Shown: positions 1 to 13,300 of the stretch, piece by piece
Layout of the letters: each line of letters begins with the position of its first letter
Position numbering within the stretch: the first letter of the stretch is position 1
Source of the DNA: Microbotryum violaceum
Lineage: Eukaryota
Length of the DNA stretch: 64,000 nt
NCBI GenBank assembly: GCA_001244265.2
Contig: CDLV01000006.1
Coordinates: 1,612,001 to 1,676,000 of the forward strand
Direction of reading: 5' to 3'
The notes under the pieces: generated by a model
What the model was told of the DNA's origin: nothing
The model's database searches: none
Seen by the model: only the letters and a program-made list of their open reading frames with translations
Program-made: the position numbers and the translations under genes

Positions 1-535
1 GTGGGGAAAACAAGTTACAGGCGCAAGCCACAAGAAGGCGCGCATTCGCTTCTAATTCTCTTGTCTTCGCTTGTAAAGGCTTTGGATGTTTGGAGCTCTG
101 GACGGGCCCCCACAGCAGCCCCAGTTTGGCGCGGCGGTTGTGTGCCTGCGCTGGCTGCGCTGGCCCAGTCAGTGCCAGTTCAAATGAGTTTGTGAGATTG
201 GGCTTCCCCTGATCCGAGTCAGTCGCAGTTCGGGCGACCCGCATCTTTCCGCCTCAACTTGGGTGACTCTTCTCCAACGAGAGTCCGGCGGTCGTCCACC
301 TCAAGCTCGAGCACGCTTCACCTTGGTCTGGGCTCCCCTCCTTGGTGGCGGTACAACGTCGCCGGACCGAGCGCGCGGAGGGGGCAGCCTCATCGTCATT
401 GGGGACCGAGTGGGCGCAGCTTCCAGGGGTTCTACGGTGATTCGGCAAGGCGAATATCCGCATCTCTCTCTGACTCGAACACATAACATCGTTCAAGACG
501 TTGCTCTGTAGGCGGTTTTTGACCACCTACACGAG

Positions 536-2785
536 ATGGACAGGTCGTCTCAAGCTGGTCCGAGACCTTCGTCGTCGCCGTCGTCAAGTGATTCGCACTC
601 GCACTCGGTAGCGGCCCCACCTGTCACCGAAGCTACAGCAACGGCGCTCTATCCGGCTTGGCCCCACCGTGCCGCCCTTCCTCGAGTCTTGACCATCCAC
701 GATCCGGGACCCATAGCGACCTCGGACTCGGCCATGGTCAGCGCATCCACGTCAGGCAATCCATCGCTCGCTCCTTGGGCTTTCGACGATCCTTCGCTTC
801 AGGCTGAGCCACGTCATTCACAGCAGCAGACTCATCGAATGGATGAGCCACGCCGCCATGAAAGCAGGAACGGTGAACAAAGCGCGCATGATACTGGCCA
901 ACCTCAAGACCGGAGTCATCAGGCCATGTATCGCACCCTCAGACTCGCCGAAACCTTACGTCGCCGCGCGGCAGCTCAGGGTCGGACTTCCACCCGCCCA
1001 GAACTGTCTTTCCGAATCACCGGCATGGACGCACCCAGCCCCTTTTCCATGGCTTTCGACGACCACACCTACGAAGACTTTTCTAACATGGACGACGGTA
1101 TTGAACTGGCCCTTCCATCCGGCTTGGACCTCGATGACGATCGGGATCCTGAGCCGAGGTACGATGATGATAATCCACTGCACAACTGGATACCCGACCC
1201 CGAACCCTACTCCGAAACGGATAGCGACGCGGACGAAGCATTATTCTGGCCTGGGCTTTTGATCGAAAGACCCCTCAATCCACCTGGACGTTCACTCCTG
1301 CGCAGGTCTCTCACTCGGTCGATGCTTGATCGAGTTTCCCCTTGCCTTTTGGAAGAAACTTCCGGGTTGGGGTCGGGTCCGACACCAGCGCTCGACCCTG
1401 TTTCATCAACCTCCCCATCCTCGTTCTTGAAACGAGGCATGTTCTTCTCTGGCATCCAGGTCTACGTGGTCCCGCTACCTCCGCCCATTCCGGCACCGGC
1501 AACGCCGACAAGTCGGACCGAGCGACGGTCTTCCCACCCTCGACCACACCGGCAGCTCGCCGCGTCAACCATGGATGTATACGAGTCGGCCCGAGCTCTC
1601 GCCGAGGGGGTGAACCGTACCCAACAGAATCCAACTGTTTCTCGATCATCCTCTCTCCTGCCTCCCGCAAGGCCCTCCGCGCAACCTCCTTTCGCCGAAT
1701 CATCCCCCCTCATTCAATTACTGCGCTCCGCGAATCGACTCGACGACTTTGTCAACCACTCCTCGATAGAAGAAGCATTCGGTTCTTTCCCTACCGAGTT
1801 CTCTCCGGGTCATGTCACGGCGACGGCGACGACAACAACGAATGATGGGGTATCGGACTTGGATCTGTCCCCTTTTGCGAGGGCGAGGTTGAGGACCGAA
1901 CAGGATGTGAGGGAGATTAGGGAACGGACAGCTAGGGTTGCGAGAGCGAGGTCTGTGACAACGACGGGAACATGGGATTTGCTAAGACTGGCGGAACTGG
2001 GTGGAACGCTGTCGGTCAGTGAGAGGCAAAAGTATCTGGAACATGAGCGGTGGGAGGTCAAGGTGAGTTCTGATTGGGCGACTTGAATAGGGAAGTACCT
2101 TTATCTCGAGCAATGGTGGTTGACGGTATTGTCGCGACTGCCAATTCAGGTCATAATCGAATCGATAGATTTCACAATGAACAAGATCACCGGCTACATG
2201 CACGCGCTGACCGTACCCTTTTCGGTCTCCCGCGTAACGACCTGCTTCACAGGCGAGATCCTCAACCTCGCCAAAGATGGACTATGGTCTCCAGGGCATT
2301 GGGAGTCTAAAGTCCGCATCGATGCCGAGTCATGGAGTAAGTTGGGACCCTTCAAAGGGATGAAAACGAACGAGTTGATCCGAAAGGCCGATGGGGATCG
2401 ACAATGGTTGAATCAGGTCACGAGAGGGCATGTGTTGATGAGATGGAAGGAGAGAGATTTCGTCAATGTCACGCGTGAGTTCAGGATCGCGCACTGTACA
2501 AGTTTGCGGTCGACTGACGCTTCCACAGCGGATATATCTCACAGCTACTGAGAGCCACCTCTCCATCGCTGGATTTTACTTCATCGTCCTCGATCGGGGC
2601 ACTGGGATGCTCGAAGGTCAGCCCGTCTCTGGGCATCATGCTCCGAACCAGTCAGAATTGACTACCCGATCACCGCCCTGACAGGTCTCTACCATGATCC
2701 GACATCAAGTCCGTACCAACGGCTCGAGCTTTCACCATGGACGCAAGGCTTAGGTTTTTCAACCGGTACATTTGAAATTGCTTAG
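536..2785 (+). CDS. GID4: Gid4/Vid24-family (GID/CTLH E3 ligase substrate receptor-like) protein, 4 exons
   Basis: Spliced reading (introns ~2063-2149, 2475-2544 and one near 2617-2684) gives FLKRGMFFSGIQ...ERWEVKV|VIIESIDF..ITGYMHAL..TTCFTGEIL..VLMRWKERDFV|..LSIAGFYFIVLDRGTGMLEG|LYHDPTSSPYQRLEL..FEIA*, the characteristic Vid24/Gid4 motifs. TAG at 2783-2785. Confidence 0.85.
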
Positions 2786-3096
2786 AACGGGCCTTGAGCT
2801 TACAGGTGGTCTCTCTCCGACTTTCATGTTGTATTCACATTTCGCACCTCGCGCATCTTGCATTTTATCTTGAGTTTGGAAAGGTAGTCACTGCAGTTCT
2901 TTCTTGTGGAACATACGTAGTAACATGCGATATGTCGTATTCTGCTGTGGTAGTGTGAACGAGCGCCAAGCGTGCCAAGGCTGCTTCAGCCCGGGCTGGC
3001 GGGCCAAGTTGAGCCGGAGTCGTACCCCACCTTTCCTGAGTTGGACGGCTCCCAACTTCATCCCTTCATCTCCCTTCACACGCCCAATTCTCAACA

Positions 3097-4414
3097 ATGA
3101 TGCCTGCCTCAGCAACTAAAGGAGAACCCCAAGTAGGCGATCACCTCGTCATTACTTATCCCATGGACAAGGTGATGCAGTTGAGGTTGAACAAGCCCAA
3201 GGCATTGAACGCGATGGATGATAATGTAAGCTAGACTTACAGCCTCTGTGCGGTGACTTTGTGACGGCAAGAGCTGACAAACGTTCAATCATTTTCATTG
3301 TACAGATGGAAGACGACCTCAAGAATGTATCTCAAAGTAGCCCTCGCTCTCCAGGCAGGCACCCGATCGCAGTTGGGCTGACTTCGATCCTCCCCCACTC
3401 CTCGGATAGGTCCTCGATTGGTTCGAGGAAGAGCCTTCGCTTTGGGTCTGTGTCGTCACGGGTACCGGAAGAGCTTTCTGTGCCGGACAAGGTGAATGAT
3501 TGTGCTTTCCGATTGCTGCACTTGCATACTTAAGTGGCAACTCGGAATCCGATACCGACCAATTTTTTTCCGCCCCTCCCCCTCCTCGGGCCTCGACCAC
3601 CCAAACCAAACCCCAATCACCAGATTTGAAAGGCTGGAACTCGACCCAAGGATCCGACAAAGCCCCCCATGCCAAGATCCGTTCCAACCCATACGGCTTC
3701 GGATCGATCGCCCGACGTTTGTCGAAGAAGATCCTGATCGCTGCAGTGAATGGTATCGCTTTAGGTGGAGGGGCCGAGTTGTTGGTCAATTGTGACATCG
3801 TCATCGGGGTCAAGGGTGGGATTGTTGGGTTTCCGGAGGTTAGGAGAGGTAGGTTGGGGCATGTTTCTTAACCTGCCAAGGGCCTGGCCAACACCGAAAC
3901 GCAGAAGCTGATTATTTGGTTCTTTGACCGACTCACCCCTCAGGTGTCATGGCCTCCGTCGGCGGCATTCCCAACACCTACCAAAGATCGCCTCAGTTGG
4001 CTCCCTACCTCCTAACAGGCCTCAACATACCCCCTCATCTCTGCGAGCAACATATCTTCACCCAAACCGTTGCCTCAGCAGACCAAGTCATTCCCGCGGC
4101 CTTAGAATGGGCTTCCAAAGTCGTCGAATGTTCTCCTGATGCCGTGCAGGTAACGAAGGAGCAGATCAATCTGACTAAGAATGGGGTGGGCATTTTGGAT
4201 GTCGTCAAGAGGAGCTTGGATACCGAGTTGGCGCAGGCGACTTACGTGGGCGAGAATATGAAGGAGGGGTTGAGGAGCTTTGCCGAGGTCAGTTCAAAGG
4301 GGCGAGCTGCGGATCCGAGCTTTCGTGTCGCTGACTCTTTATGTTTCTGGCAATTATCAGAAACGTGCGCCGAGATGGAACGATCCGCCGCGTGTTGGCA
4401 AGACCAAGTTGTAG
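3097..4414 (+). CDS. Enoyl-CoA hydratase/isomerase (crotonase) family protein, multi-exon, C-terminus -TKL
   Basis: Exons read LRLNKPKALNAM / VCVVTGTGRAFCAGQ|DLK / KILIAAVNGIALGGGAELLVNCDIVIG..GFPEVRRG / EGLRSFAE|KRAPRWNDPPRVGKTKL*. These are crotonase motifs. Confidence 0.9.
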
Positions 4415-4527
4415 ACGTCTCAGGACACTCGAATATTTTTTCGTGCAATCGACGGTGGATGGTCCCCAGTCGGACTGGCTGAAGTCCCGGTCTCATAGCT
4501 ACGGATCGGAATCTTGAAAAGACCAAA

Positions 4528-4550
4528 GGGGGGGGGGGGGGGGGGGGGGG
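4528..4550. repeat. poly-G tract (23 G)
   Basis: Read directly; lies between the 3' ends of two convergent genes. Confidence 0.9.
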
Positions 4551-4672
4551 TGGAGGGTATGCAAGATAATGAACAAAGTCAAATCAAATATACAAATATC
4601 CAGAAGGTTTTCCTTCCGTCAGAGGGGTTGGCCATGTCGACAGTGATCATCTAGATCTTCATCGAGTTGACC

Positions 4673-6196
4673 TCATTCGTCATCATCGTCGTCCTCTTCC
4701 TTCATCGAGGCCTTGTGGGCTGTCCTCCTTATCGACGGCTTCCGCGGGGTCGGAGCAGGTGAATCAGCCTGGGAAAGGAAGCGGATGCATCATGATTAGC
4801 TTCAAGACGTGGGCCGGGAATAAGACGACACTCAGGTGAAAACTTGCCTCGGACTCGGACTTCCCCTTTTTGGACTTGGACTTGGATTTGGACGAACGAG
4901 CCTTCTTCTTCTTGGGTTTCTCCTGTGAAGATGAAAACCCACGATCAGCAACCGCAAGAGGTGTGACAGGTCGTGGGCTCTGGATGCTCACCTCCTCGTC
5001 AGTCGAAACAGCCTCAGCCTCTTCCTCCGAATCCTCATCGGGTGTAGCTTCCTTCTTCGCACGCTTCTTGGCCAGCGCCGCAGTCTTCTTCTTTTTGGGC
5101 TTTTCCTCCTCCAACTCTTCCTCATCTTCGGCTTGCGCCTTCTTGCTCTTGCTTTTGGCCTTGGGAGCAGGCGCTCTCTTGTTGGGCGAACTGTGTCCCT
5201 CTTTGGCGGGACGGCCTTCGTCCGCCGGCGACTCGTCACCTTCTTCGTCCTTGGCCTTGGCTGACTCGGGGATGTCTGCGAAGGGGTATCATCCAATCAG
5301 CTTGCATCTTCGAGGGGGGATACACCATTGAACCAACGTACCTTCAGGAGCAACTAATAGCTCGCAAAGCAATCGAGAGGTTCGGCGTATCAGCATCGGC
5401 AGGACGTCATGTCACTGCGAAGCTACAAACTAGGCTCACTGTGTCCCGTCTCGTAAGCCTTCTTCACTCGCTCCTGATCTTCCTCCCTAAGGTCTTCGAA
5501 ACCTGATACACTCGTAAGGTGGTGTCAGTCGCCGAGTATTGGGATATCATACCGTCGCAGACTCGACTCACCGTCGATGTCCTCCGCTTTGTCGATCTCT
5601 GTATGTTCCGAGACGGCCAAATTTGTTAGTCTGTGTTGATTGATCCCTACAGTTCAATCACTGACTGTTCTTGACGTTGGCCAGGACGGTTTTGGTGAGA
5701 CAGCCCCAGTGCCTCCATTGGAAGCTCGTCCTCCCCACTACGAATCATCGACTCAGTAAAGCCAACGGTCAGCGTACCGTCGACTGGGGCGAGGCAGCTC
5801 TGCTCTGTTTAATTAAACTCACTGATGTCTACCACTGTTCCAAAACGCAACTCTCCCTGCAAACCCAACAGCGACTGGGGTTAGATGCTTGACATGGCTG
5901 ACGCAGTGACGAGAGGCCGTCGGAGCTGGACCTGCTTTGCCAATCTTGGTACCCGAGCAAGGCTTAGGGCCTGCACACAAAGGATAAGACCTGATCAACT
6001 CAGTCAGCGGATCTCGAAGGAGAGGTTCCGGGGATATCGCATACCTTTGCATCCTGCTTGCGCGCTCTGCGGAGCGACGTCACATTGAGCAAGTGGGGCA
6101 CAGGCCGACAGCGTCAGCGCCTGTCGATCACTAGCACGCGTATCGATAGGGCAGAGGTGAGGAGCCTACCTTGGAGTATTCGAGTCGATAGCTCAT
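4673..6196 (-). CDS. PARP-type zinc finger (zf-PARP) protein with a Lys/Glu-rich tail, many small exons
   Basis: MSYRLEYSK..GPKPCSGTKIGK..FQWRHWGCLTKTVLANVK..IDKAEDIDG|FEDLREEDQERVKKAYETGH, followed by KPKKKK/acidic low-complexity sequence. Internal exon boundaries approximate. Confidence 0.8.
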
Positions 6197-7146
6197 CGTG
6201 ACTAGGGGCGAATCACGTCGGGAGGAGGGGCAAGGGTCTCGGTGACAGCTGGGGGTGTGCTGCACTTGCACTCGGTGGGGGTGTCATCAATTGGCGCGCG
6301 CAGGGAAAGGCAGCTCTCAAGCCCGTCCTTATTAGTCGTCCTTGGTTGCGCCAAATTGCCGATTAGCCTTGAGGCTGAAAAACAATGGACAAAATCGATC
6401 CCAGCGCACGCTCCGGCCCTGCCTGCTGCAAGAACGGACCCGGATCGCCACCGCTGTAGCGACTGCTGTCGCCCGTCGTAAGACCGTGTGAGCACGTCTG
6501 CGCAATCTCGACCACTTGTTGGATCGACTAGGACGTGATCTGGGCTCGTTGTGACGCCTGTTGTACGCGCAACGAGGGACAGGGGGCACCTCGTACCCGT
6601 AACCGCCCGCTGCCGCCTCCGTTTTGCCTTTTGGAATTCGGCCTGGCCCGAAAAAGCCGCGGCGCTCGCCCCAAGTCCACGCCCTCCCGCCCACGCCACG
6701 CACGCAACCGACTGGGCTGTGTAACACGAGGTCCCACGTCCGTTGTACAGCGCATCCACCGAGGCGCGGTGCGACCACGTGCACCCGTCAGGGATGAAGG
6801 TCAGTACTTGAATTCTTTGATGCGTCATTGTCAGGCTCTTGTATCGCGTCCAGAGGTTGCTGCAGCCGCGTCATTCGTTCGTGTATGCCCGCCCCCGTCC
6901 CCCTCTCCCCCCCTCGGCCTGTCCCCCTTCCCCTCCCCGCGATCGTCGGCCCGTGTGCTGTCCGCCGGTGCTCGCCGCGCGCCCTCGCGTGCGTTGCGCG
7001 ATGCGATGCACACACATAGGGGGCGATCAGCAAATCGACCTTCGAGCTGGGTTATCCTCGCCTGTGCTTCCATACTCTACATGCAGCTCGAGTAATTCCT
7101 CCACAATCATTTCGCTAAGCTCTACATACTCATGCTCCTCTCGTAG

Positions 7147-10137
7147 TACTTGTTCGAGGCGATCGAGCGACGATGTGGGAATCAGTCGAGCTCGGCTTTG
7201 TCCAGTCGCGTGCAATGTTCGGCTGTTGAGCTCAAGAAACTGGTCCTCGATGCCAGCGAGGGCGTTGTAAGTCAAAGTCATTGTCACGCGTTCATCACTC
7301 TGACACGTGAATACGTCGATCTCGCGACGCGTCCAGTTCTTTGCATATACTCACCTTTTCCTGGTCGCGGCTGCCTCTTGCGTCATTGCAGGATGACAAG
7401 TCCTCGGCCAACGATTTCATCGACACACTCGAGCGAATAGTGAACGAGATCAAAAACACCACCGTGAGTAATTTAACCAGGAGCCGGCGTTAAACGTGGC
7501 ACTGACGCATTTCATAATCTTCGATTGTGACAGGAGCATTCAGCAGCGTTCTTGCAAAAGGTCCGGAAGACCGACGTTCCGGACTATTATGACAGTACGT
7601 CAAGAACCGGAAACTCCGTCATGATCGAAGACTGCTTGCATGCTCACCTCTCCGAAATGCAACGCGAATAGTCATCAAGCACCCGATGGATCTCGCAACA
7701 TTAGCCAAGCGCGTCAAGCAACAAATGTACAGGTCCAAGAAAGCCTTTGCGGAAGAGCTTGATTTGATCTGGTCTAATTGCTTGTTGTACAACTCTCATC
7801 CGGTGAGCGCCACTCTGCCACCCACACTACGGAAGGAGAGTTCTCCAACTGATCTTGGCACCTTCACTGCGACAGGGACATCCTCTACGTCGATCAGCCG
7901 AAATCCTGCGCGCCAAATCGAACCAACTCCTCGAGTTTATCAGCGATCCCGCTCTACCCACACGGTCACTCTATGCTCAGACGGTCGCGACTCAGGTTGG
8001 TGGAGCTTCTAGTCGGCATCGTAACAGCGTGAGAGAGACACCCGCTCCCGGCGACGAAGCCGACGTCGAAGGCGATGACGGGAGCGAAGCTGGCGCAAGG
8101 GCAAGAAGCGTATCTGTCGCCCTCGGACGGCATAGCAGTATCCTGCAAGCCGCGAACGAGCGGCTGCTGAATGGCGTCAATGGCGATGCTCGGGAACGCT
8201 CCTCGTCGCCGATTTCGGGTCCTCACACACCGCTGGCGAGCACATTCGCGCCTCGCAACAAACTGGGTCGAGGCCCGCTGGGTCGATCACCCTCTCCTAT
8301 GCCCGAGCCCGAACTGCCCTTCGAGGAACGCCCTGCTCTCATTCGCACAGCACAGGGGATGCTCGATTTCGCCTCCCTTGACGATGAGCTCTCCCGACTG
8401 GACGCTGAACTCGAGCGCAACCCCGTCGCGTCGACGTCCAAGTTGATCTATACAAATCCAACCTCGCTCGTCGCAAAAGCGTCAAAGACATCGCTGGTCT
8501 CTGAAGCATCATCCCACGATTCCGCTGAATCGCAATCCTTTCTATACAAGCTCGTCCACTCTCTCAACCCTGCCGCATACCCCTCACCCCCTCCATCCAT
8601 CGCTCCGACGAACGGCGATTCCAGCTCGTCCGGCGCTACAGGTGAGGCAAGTCCACCCTCCGCCACCACAACCGTCACCTCCCGACCTAACCTCGACGAA
8701 CCTCCGGATAGTCTCTGGTGGGAAACTGTTGCTCCGAGTGCCGAGACGGCTACCTGCCTTCACGACGTCGATATTCCTTCGACCGCCTCGTTCAAGGCAC
8801 TCGCCGCTGGTATGCCCCTTGTTCCTTGGAGACCCGCACCGCCAGAAGCTAAGAATGGACATCGCGTCAAGCGGAGAAAACTCGCCAAAGGTCACGAGTC
8901 AGAAGGTCGGGGCGAGAACGGGGTTGCTGAGGTTCCCAAAGCTACGACGAACGGGAAGAAGGTCAGCAAGGTCAAAATGAATGGGACTGGCCAGAACAAG
9001 AACGCCGTCCCTTTGGTCGGACTAGGTCGCAAGATGCATCACAATACGGAAACACTGCGCAAGATCCGGCGGTTGCACAAGTTCCTTTCGAGTGGGACAA
9101 GAACGCCGACGTCAATGATGGAGCCGCGAGCAGAGGGTGACATCGTCCTTCCCGTCGCGGCCGACCTCTCAGAATCCGATGTCGAAGACTCCAAAAGACC
9201 GCGAGGCGCGGCGTACCTTGACTCGGGCGTATCGGCGTCGGCATTCCGCACCGCCGAGGCGCCCAAGGCGGCTCGGCAGAGCATGGAATTTGTCACAACA
9301 AGGGTGCTCGAGCACGTCGGGTTCGAGAGCTCGAGCTCCATCGCGCTCGACGTTATGACCCATGTTGCTTCCGAGTATCTTTCAAATCTGGGCCGCACGA
9401 TGAGATTTTTCGCCGATCGGTTTGGTGATAAGATGTCGACCGAACAGCTGTTGCTGCATGTCCTCAGTGAGAACGGCGTCGCTTCTCCATCCGACTTGCA
9501 CGCCTACGTCTCGGACGACATTGACAAGTACGGCGCGACTCTGGATGGATTACACGGCAAGATGGACAAGGCTCGACGAGATCAGATTCAGGCGACCGAA
9601 GTCGAGGCGACCGTCGATGAGTCCAAGGTCTTCCTTGAGGATGATGAATTGGCGATTGGTACTCTATCAACCGTGACGGGCGAGGACTTTTTCGGACTCG
9701 AAGCTCTGGGCCTCGATAAGGAGAATCATGGTGCGACGCATCTCTCGATCCCGTCGCGCCTCTTCAGTGGTCAGGCCGAACCAGTCCAGGAGATCGAATA
9801 CCCACCACCACCGCTCACGATCTCGGCCATCTCAGCCTTGCCTCGTCTCTTGCAACCATACTTTGCTCTCCGAGCCGCGAACCCCGACTTGGGTCTACAA
9901 GAAGACCACACGCGCTTGCTTCCGGGATTACCAGGATTCTTGCCCCGAGCCAAAATCTCGCCTTTGACTGGCAAGATCTCGGCCAAGGGAGCACTCGCTC
10001 AAAAGCGCAAATTGGACGAGCTGATGGGAGTCGAGGGTCTGCCTTCGCCTACAGTCACAGTCTCGGCTTCGAGCATCGATACCAATTTTATCACTCAGGC
10101 AACAAACAGAAAGAAGTCCCGGCTTGTGGACGGGTGA
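7147..10137 (+). CDS. SPT7: SAGA complex subunit Spt7 (bromodomain plus histone fold); 5' end uncertain
   Basis: Bromodomain exons EHSAAFLQKVRKTDVPDYYD|IKHPMDLATLAKRVKQQMYRSKKAFAEELDLIWSNCLLYNSHP|GHPLRRSA. C-terminal histone fold RVLEHVGFESSSSIALDVMTHVASEYLSNLGRTMRFF, and GEDFFGLEALGLDKE. Confidence 0.85.
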
Positions 10138-10337
10138 AGGTTCTGCGGAAGGAAAGAACTAGAAAGATGTGGAATCATGCAGCGTCCCAATCTTGCCGCT
10201 TTCTTTTGTTGTAGCCATGTCTGCGCTCGTATAAATCATGTTGACATGTCAAATACGCACCCACGCCCGCAAATCTCTCTTGGAAAAAGGGAGTCGTCAA
10301 GTAAAAGTTCTGCATTCGTCTTCCCAGGGCTCTGCGA

Positions 10338-13300
10338 CTACGAAAGGTCATCCTCATCGTCGTCCTCATCATCGGAAACCTGCATGAACGCGCTCCTCAT
10401 CCTCTGCTTATCCATCTTACGTTTCGAGCTCACATCCTCCAACAAGACGAGCAAATCCTCCTGCTCCTTATCCGCCTCTTCCTTCGCCGATTGAGCTTGC
10501 TCCAACTCCCTTCTCAAAGTAGACACTTCCTCCGCCAAGGCGTCGTCCGATCTTCCCGCTCTAATCGTATCGACGTCCAAAGGTGTCGCGTCCCTCAATT
10601 GATCCAATTCCGTACGCGTGGAAGCCAAGTGTTGTCGACTGGTCTCGAGTTGACTATTCGTCGATTCGAGTAACTTTTGCGTCCGTTCGAGTTCGGCGCG
10701 AAGGCGTTCGAGTTCCATCGGGTCGTGCGTCGGGGGAGGGGCGGGGGGATGCGAACCGAACGGCGAGTCGTTCGACGATATAGTTTGTGTAGAAGAGGAG
10801 TTGAAGAAATCGATACCGGACTGGAAGGACGAAGTCTCGTTCGCTCCTTGAGAAGTAGGCTGACCACCACCGAAAAGATCATCGACTGTCCTCGAATGTC
10901 GAGCTAGTTCTAGTTCGCTAAGCACACGTTGGTGTTCGCTATGCGCGGTATCGAGTTCGGTTCGCAATGTAGCGATCTCTTGTTCCAATATTTCGATTTT
11001 CTTCGATGCCTCGTGATCGACCACAGGGTCTAAAGGCGATGTTACTGCAGCTGCTGCGGGCAGCGATGGAGCGTAAGGGTCATCCCCCCGAGGCGCATAC
11101 GGATCATCCCCTCCTCGAGGTGTATAAGGATCATCACGGTTGTTGTTACTTCCTCCTCCGCCTCCTGTTCGAGCCGCGTTCACATCAGCATAAGCCTGTT
11201 CAAGCTCGGCTTGTAAACCCGAGATACGTGCGGTGAGACTTTCAATCTCATTTTGAAAAGCGATACGCTGTGAGTCGACTCTGAGATCAGCCCTCTCCCT
11301 ATCGTTCAAAAATGCGAGCCGCAAAAGCCAACAATCCAGAAGAAGAACTCACCTCTTCATCCCTCTCCGCTGCCAAACCCAAGATCTGATTCCTCATATC
11401 CTCCATCTGTTCGGTCTGCGTCGCGATCGACAACCTTAGAGCGGTGACGACCTCGTACGAATCGCCGTTCCCGTCCAATGATCGACGACTGGTCGTGTTC
11501 GCCGTTGGGTCCATCAGGATCGCTCGTTGGACCGAGACTGTTCAATATAGTCACAGCAGGCCGTGTCAGTTTGGAGTTCTTTTGAGAGAAGTGAGCGAGA
11601 AATGAACACGTACTGTAGTTGGTCTTCAAGAATTCAACGAACGAATAATCAAACCACAGTCCTTGTTCCTCCCCCAACTCTTCCTCCATCTCCTCATCAA
11701 TTAACTCCAACACCGCCGGTCCAACACTTCGGAACCTCTCGTCCTCCCTCAACCTCAAGATCCTCGAAACGAATTGATCGGCTCCAACACGAGAATGTAG
11801 GATCGGATGTAGGGTTTCACGAGTTATCGGTCCCGGTTCTCGGTTGTATTCGTAGCATATCCCGAGGAGAAAGGCACAGAGCCCTTGGACGACCGAATCG
11901 ACGCCCGAGGATTGGGTGATGGGTTGGATCAACTGTAAGACCCCATCAGCGATCGAGAGGGCGTTAGTCTTCTTCGAAACGAATTGTGGGCCTCCTGCGC
12001 TGTTGATTCAACTTTGCTACTCACGACTTGAAGATTGGAACCTTCGCTCAAAAACTCGGTAACGGTCGTCGGACTATCCCATAACCACAACGAAAGCACC
12101 ATCAAATAGCCCACCATGATTCGACTCCACTCCAAACCCCGATCAGGACCCAAGCCCGCATTGGCACTCTGGACTTGTTCCCTTTGCGCCATCATCAAAT
12201 TCCCGACCAAGATGGAGACCAAACTCGCTCGTTCTTCCTCGTCCCCATATCCCCCCGGTTCGGCATCATCACCGGTGAAATAAATCTTGCGAGCGAATTC
12301 TTTGGACGTTTCGGAGCCCATGATGAGGTGGGAGAAGAGGAGACAGGCGAAGAAGGGGACGTAGGAATCAAAGTGGTCTCGCGTGGCGGAAGGGAACGTT
12401 CGCATCGCGTGGAGGAGGATCGAGCCGGCGGATGGGATCTGAGGTCCAGAAGGATCGGTGTCGGGTGAGGGTGCGACCATGGTCGACAAGATGCCGAGTT
12501 GGGTTTCGGTCGAATTGGCAACGTAACTTTGGAACAAGTTCGCCGCTGCGGCTCGAACGCGTAGGCCTGATCGGCCGGGTGTACCGTCTCCGACCACGGC
12601 GAGTCGCACCACGGCGATCACAGCGGGCGCAGGCGTGCCCTTACGCCATTTGCTCCTGTTCGATCTTCGGTCCACCTCATCCTCATCCTCGTCGTCCGAT
12701 TGAGATCCACCACCACGTTGTTGAGCTTGTTCGCCGTCGTCGTAGTGCGGATTGTAGTGTTCAGCCGGCGGTAAAGCCATCGGTCGAATCAAAGGTACGA
12801 CGATGAGCGAGTTGAGCGCAGCTTGATTCGGTGGGGAGAGTCGCAAGATATCGGCGAGGGCGTTCATCGCCTGCGACTTGAGCATCGAAGGTGCATTACT
12901 CGCGAGCGCCATCTCGGCCAAACATCTCGACATGCCCGACGTCAGCAAAGCTTTTTGATTCGCTTCCCTTCCGGCACCGGCACCACCGACGAGCATGCGC
13001 ACGAGCGAGAGCACGAGCCCAGCGTTGACGACTTTTTGCTCCGACCATGATTGGAGCGCAAAAGCCGATAGCGAGGCCGGCGTTTGAGCCATGGGTAGAG
13101 GGAAGAGGAGGAGCGGGGCCAAGAGGGGGATGCAGGACGTTTCCCGAAAGTAGTTCTGTGCTTCAAAGTTTTGTCAGCACGTTGAAAATTCGCATCAGCG
13201 ATCTGCGGACGAAAACAATCGACGCACCTGATTGGACACGTTCCACCTCAGTAGTCCACCGATCGCGGCCAAGCAATCCTGTACGACGATTCCACCACTG

